From positions 384,001 to 448,000 of the forward strand of contig CAVTLK010000001.1 in assembly GCA_963735595.1 (NCBI GenBank): 64,000 nucleotides of DNA, written 5' to 3'. A program made the position numbers and the translations under genes. Below, piece after piece: positions 62,423 to 64,000 of the stretch. The stretch's first letter is position 1; each line of letters starts with the position of its first letter. The DNA is from an uncultured delta proteobacterium. GTDB taxonomy: Bacteria > Desulfobacterota > Zymogenia > Zymogenales > Zymogenaceae. The notes beneath the pieces were generated by a model. It was not told the DNA's origin. It made no database searches and was given only the letters and a program-made list of their open reading frames with translations.

Positions 62423-63238
62423 TTATCGGAATATTTTTCTGATCACCCGATTCGTTTTGTGTTTGATGACATTGCCGTCTCTCTTGATATCGTTGACGGC
62501 CGATTCGCCCTTGTTCTGGAGGTACTTCAGGCGCTTCTCGATTAGCTTCTTGGTACGTTTACCTTTGAAATCCAGGTTGTGCAGCAATTTCGTCCGGTTA
62601 GCCTCAACCCACCGCCCGGGCTTCTCGGGGATCTTTCCTCTGACGAGCCGGACACCCTCGTTGCCCCTGACCAGGATGGGGGAAAGACCCTTCCTGACGA
62701 CGTCTTTTGGCCTGAGCTCCACGGTTCCGTCCGAGCACAATACGTCGGTCTCACCGGCGGCCTTATCGTGAGAGACGACGAAGTCCGTCCCCCGCACCCC
62801 CACTGTCGTGTTTTCCGTTTCAATGATAAATCTCGATTCGGCGTTCAGGAGCGGCGCCACGACAGCGCGCACCTTTCCGTAGAGGAGGTTCAGGACGTTT
62901 GACGATTTCTTTGTTACCTCAACGTAGCCCGCCTCTCGCACGACGACCCGGCTTTCCGGCCCGACCCGTACGACACTCTCGTCCGGCAGCAGCAGCTCCA
63001 CCGAGCCGTCCTTTCCCGTATCTATCCGGTCCCCCGTGTTAACGACCCGATCTTCCGAGAGGACAACGGACGTATCCCGTCCGAACGGCGTAAGCGTGGC
63101 CTCCCCCTCGACGTAGGCCACCGTAACAGCCGGGCATGCTTCCTCGCCGCCGAGGCTAAACCCGGTAAGCCCGACCATCAGTATCAGAGACCAGACAAAC
63201 AACGCGGCGGTAACTGCGACGATTCGCTGTGGATTCAT
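62423..63238 (-). CDS. Secreted FecR-domain protein
   Basis: Signal peptide; GDRIDTG.DG..L.DES..V, TVGVRGTDF. Confidence 0.8.
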   Translation of the reverse strand: MNPQRIVAVTAALFVWSLILMVGLTGFSLGGEEACPAVTVAYVEGEATLTPFGRDTSVVLSEDRVVNTGDRIDTGKDGSVELLLPDESVVRVGPESRVVVREAGYVEVTKKSSNVLNLLYGKVRAVVAPLLNAESRFIIETENTTVGVRGTDFVVSHDKAAGETDVLCSDGTVELRPKDVVRKGLSPILVRGNEGVRLVRGKIPEKPGRWVEANRTKLLHNLDFKGKRTKKLIEKRLKYLQNKGESAVNDIKRDGNVIKHKTNRVIRKIFR

Positions 63239-63421
63239 GATCTTCCTCCGAGCGAAATACTGGAAAGGAGTATACCACGCCGCCGTACAGCTTTTCCATA
63301 GGTTTCTGCAGTCAATCTGACGATATTCATGTTTCACGGCGCGCCGCGAGATCCGATCCGTTGCTATTTTCGTATCGAACGGCTATAATTGTTGGTATAG
63401 ATTCAGAGGTCATCGCCCCGC

Positions 63422-64000
63422 ATGAGCATCACCGAGCTCCCCAAGAAACTCGAAAACCTTCCCAACGCCCCCGGGGTTTACCTTATGAAAAACCGCGCGG
63501 GGAAGGTTATCTACGTCGGTAAGGCTATCGACCTCAGGAAACGCGTGACCACCTATTTCGCGGATGTCTCCAAAGACCCGAAAACAACCCTCCTCGTCAA
63601 GGAAATCGCCGATATCGACGTCATCGTGACCGATACCGAGGTGGAGGCCCTGCTTACCGAGAATACCCTCATCAAGGAATACCGTCCCAGGTTCAACGTG
63701 AACCTGAAGGATGACAAGAATTTCCTGTCCCTCCGTATCGACGTCAGGGACGAGTCCCCCCGCTTTACGCTGGTCCGGTCGATAAGACGCGACGGCGGCC
63801 TTTACTTTGGGCCCTACACCAACGCGGGCGTCGTCCGGCAGAACTACAAGTGGCTGTCAGCCACGTTCAGGCTCAGGCAGTGCAGTGATCATAAGTTCGC
63901 CAACAGGAGCAGGCCCTGCATATACTACGAGATAGGCCAATGCTCCGCCCCCTGCGTCGCATATATCTCCCGAAACGATTACCATAAGAGCGTCGACCAG
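63422..64000 (+). CDS. uvrC: Excinuclease ABC subunit C (5' part, runs off the window)
   Basis: Not in ORF track. Hand translation: LPNAPGVYLMK..VIYVGKAIDLRKRV..EALLTENTLIK..PRFNVNLKDDK..YFGPY..RPCIYYEIGQCSAPC. Confidence 0.96.
   Translation, partial: MSITELPKKLENLPNAPGVYLMKNRAGKVIYVGKAIDLRKRVTTYFADVSKDPKTTLLVKEIADIDVIVTDTEVEALLTENTLIKEYRPRFNVNLKDDKNFLSLRIDVRDESPRFTLVRSIRRDGGLYFGPYTNAGVVRQNYKWLSATFRLRQCSDHKFANRSRPCIYYEIGQCSAPCVAYISRNDYHKSVDQ

Noticed and set aside
1..64000. CRISPR arrays, prophage, integrase/transposase, defence systems, rRNA/tRNA
   Set aside because: None recognised; the MoxR/vWA pair sits in a metabolic rather than a defence context.

Overview
Gene-dense, GC-rich bacterial chromosome segment. 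Its content (tungsten-type AOR, 2-hydroxyacyl-CoA dehydratase, CoA-transferases, B12 radical SAM, NikR/ECF) suggests a strict anaerobe, plausibly Desulfobacterota-like (inference). I saw no rRNA, tRNA, CRISPR array, phage or IS element. About a dozen otherwise intact genes carry single-base frameshifts, often in short homopolymers, most likely assembly errors. Highlights: (1) a TetR-headed cluster at 8.2-19 kb (two class-III aminotransferases, two SCP2-like lipid-carrier genes, two APC permeases, a split transketolase, alanine dehydrogenase), followed by a MoxR/vWA, 2-hydroxyacyl-CoA dehydratase, MoaD and AOR unit. Together they could form an undescribed transaminase-transketolase route for lipophilic 2-amino-1,3-diols such as sphingoid bases (hypothesis). 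(2) A candidate programmed -1 frameshift or slippage site (A10 directly before the stop) fusing the MoxR AAA+ to its vWA partner. (3) A NikR operator, a split Ni/Co ECF system and two apparent pseudo-enzymes. The right half is mostly housekeeping and lipid or sugar-recycling genes (cysS, uvrB, uvrC, suhB, NahK-like kinase plus nucleotidyltransferase).
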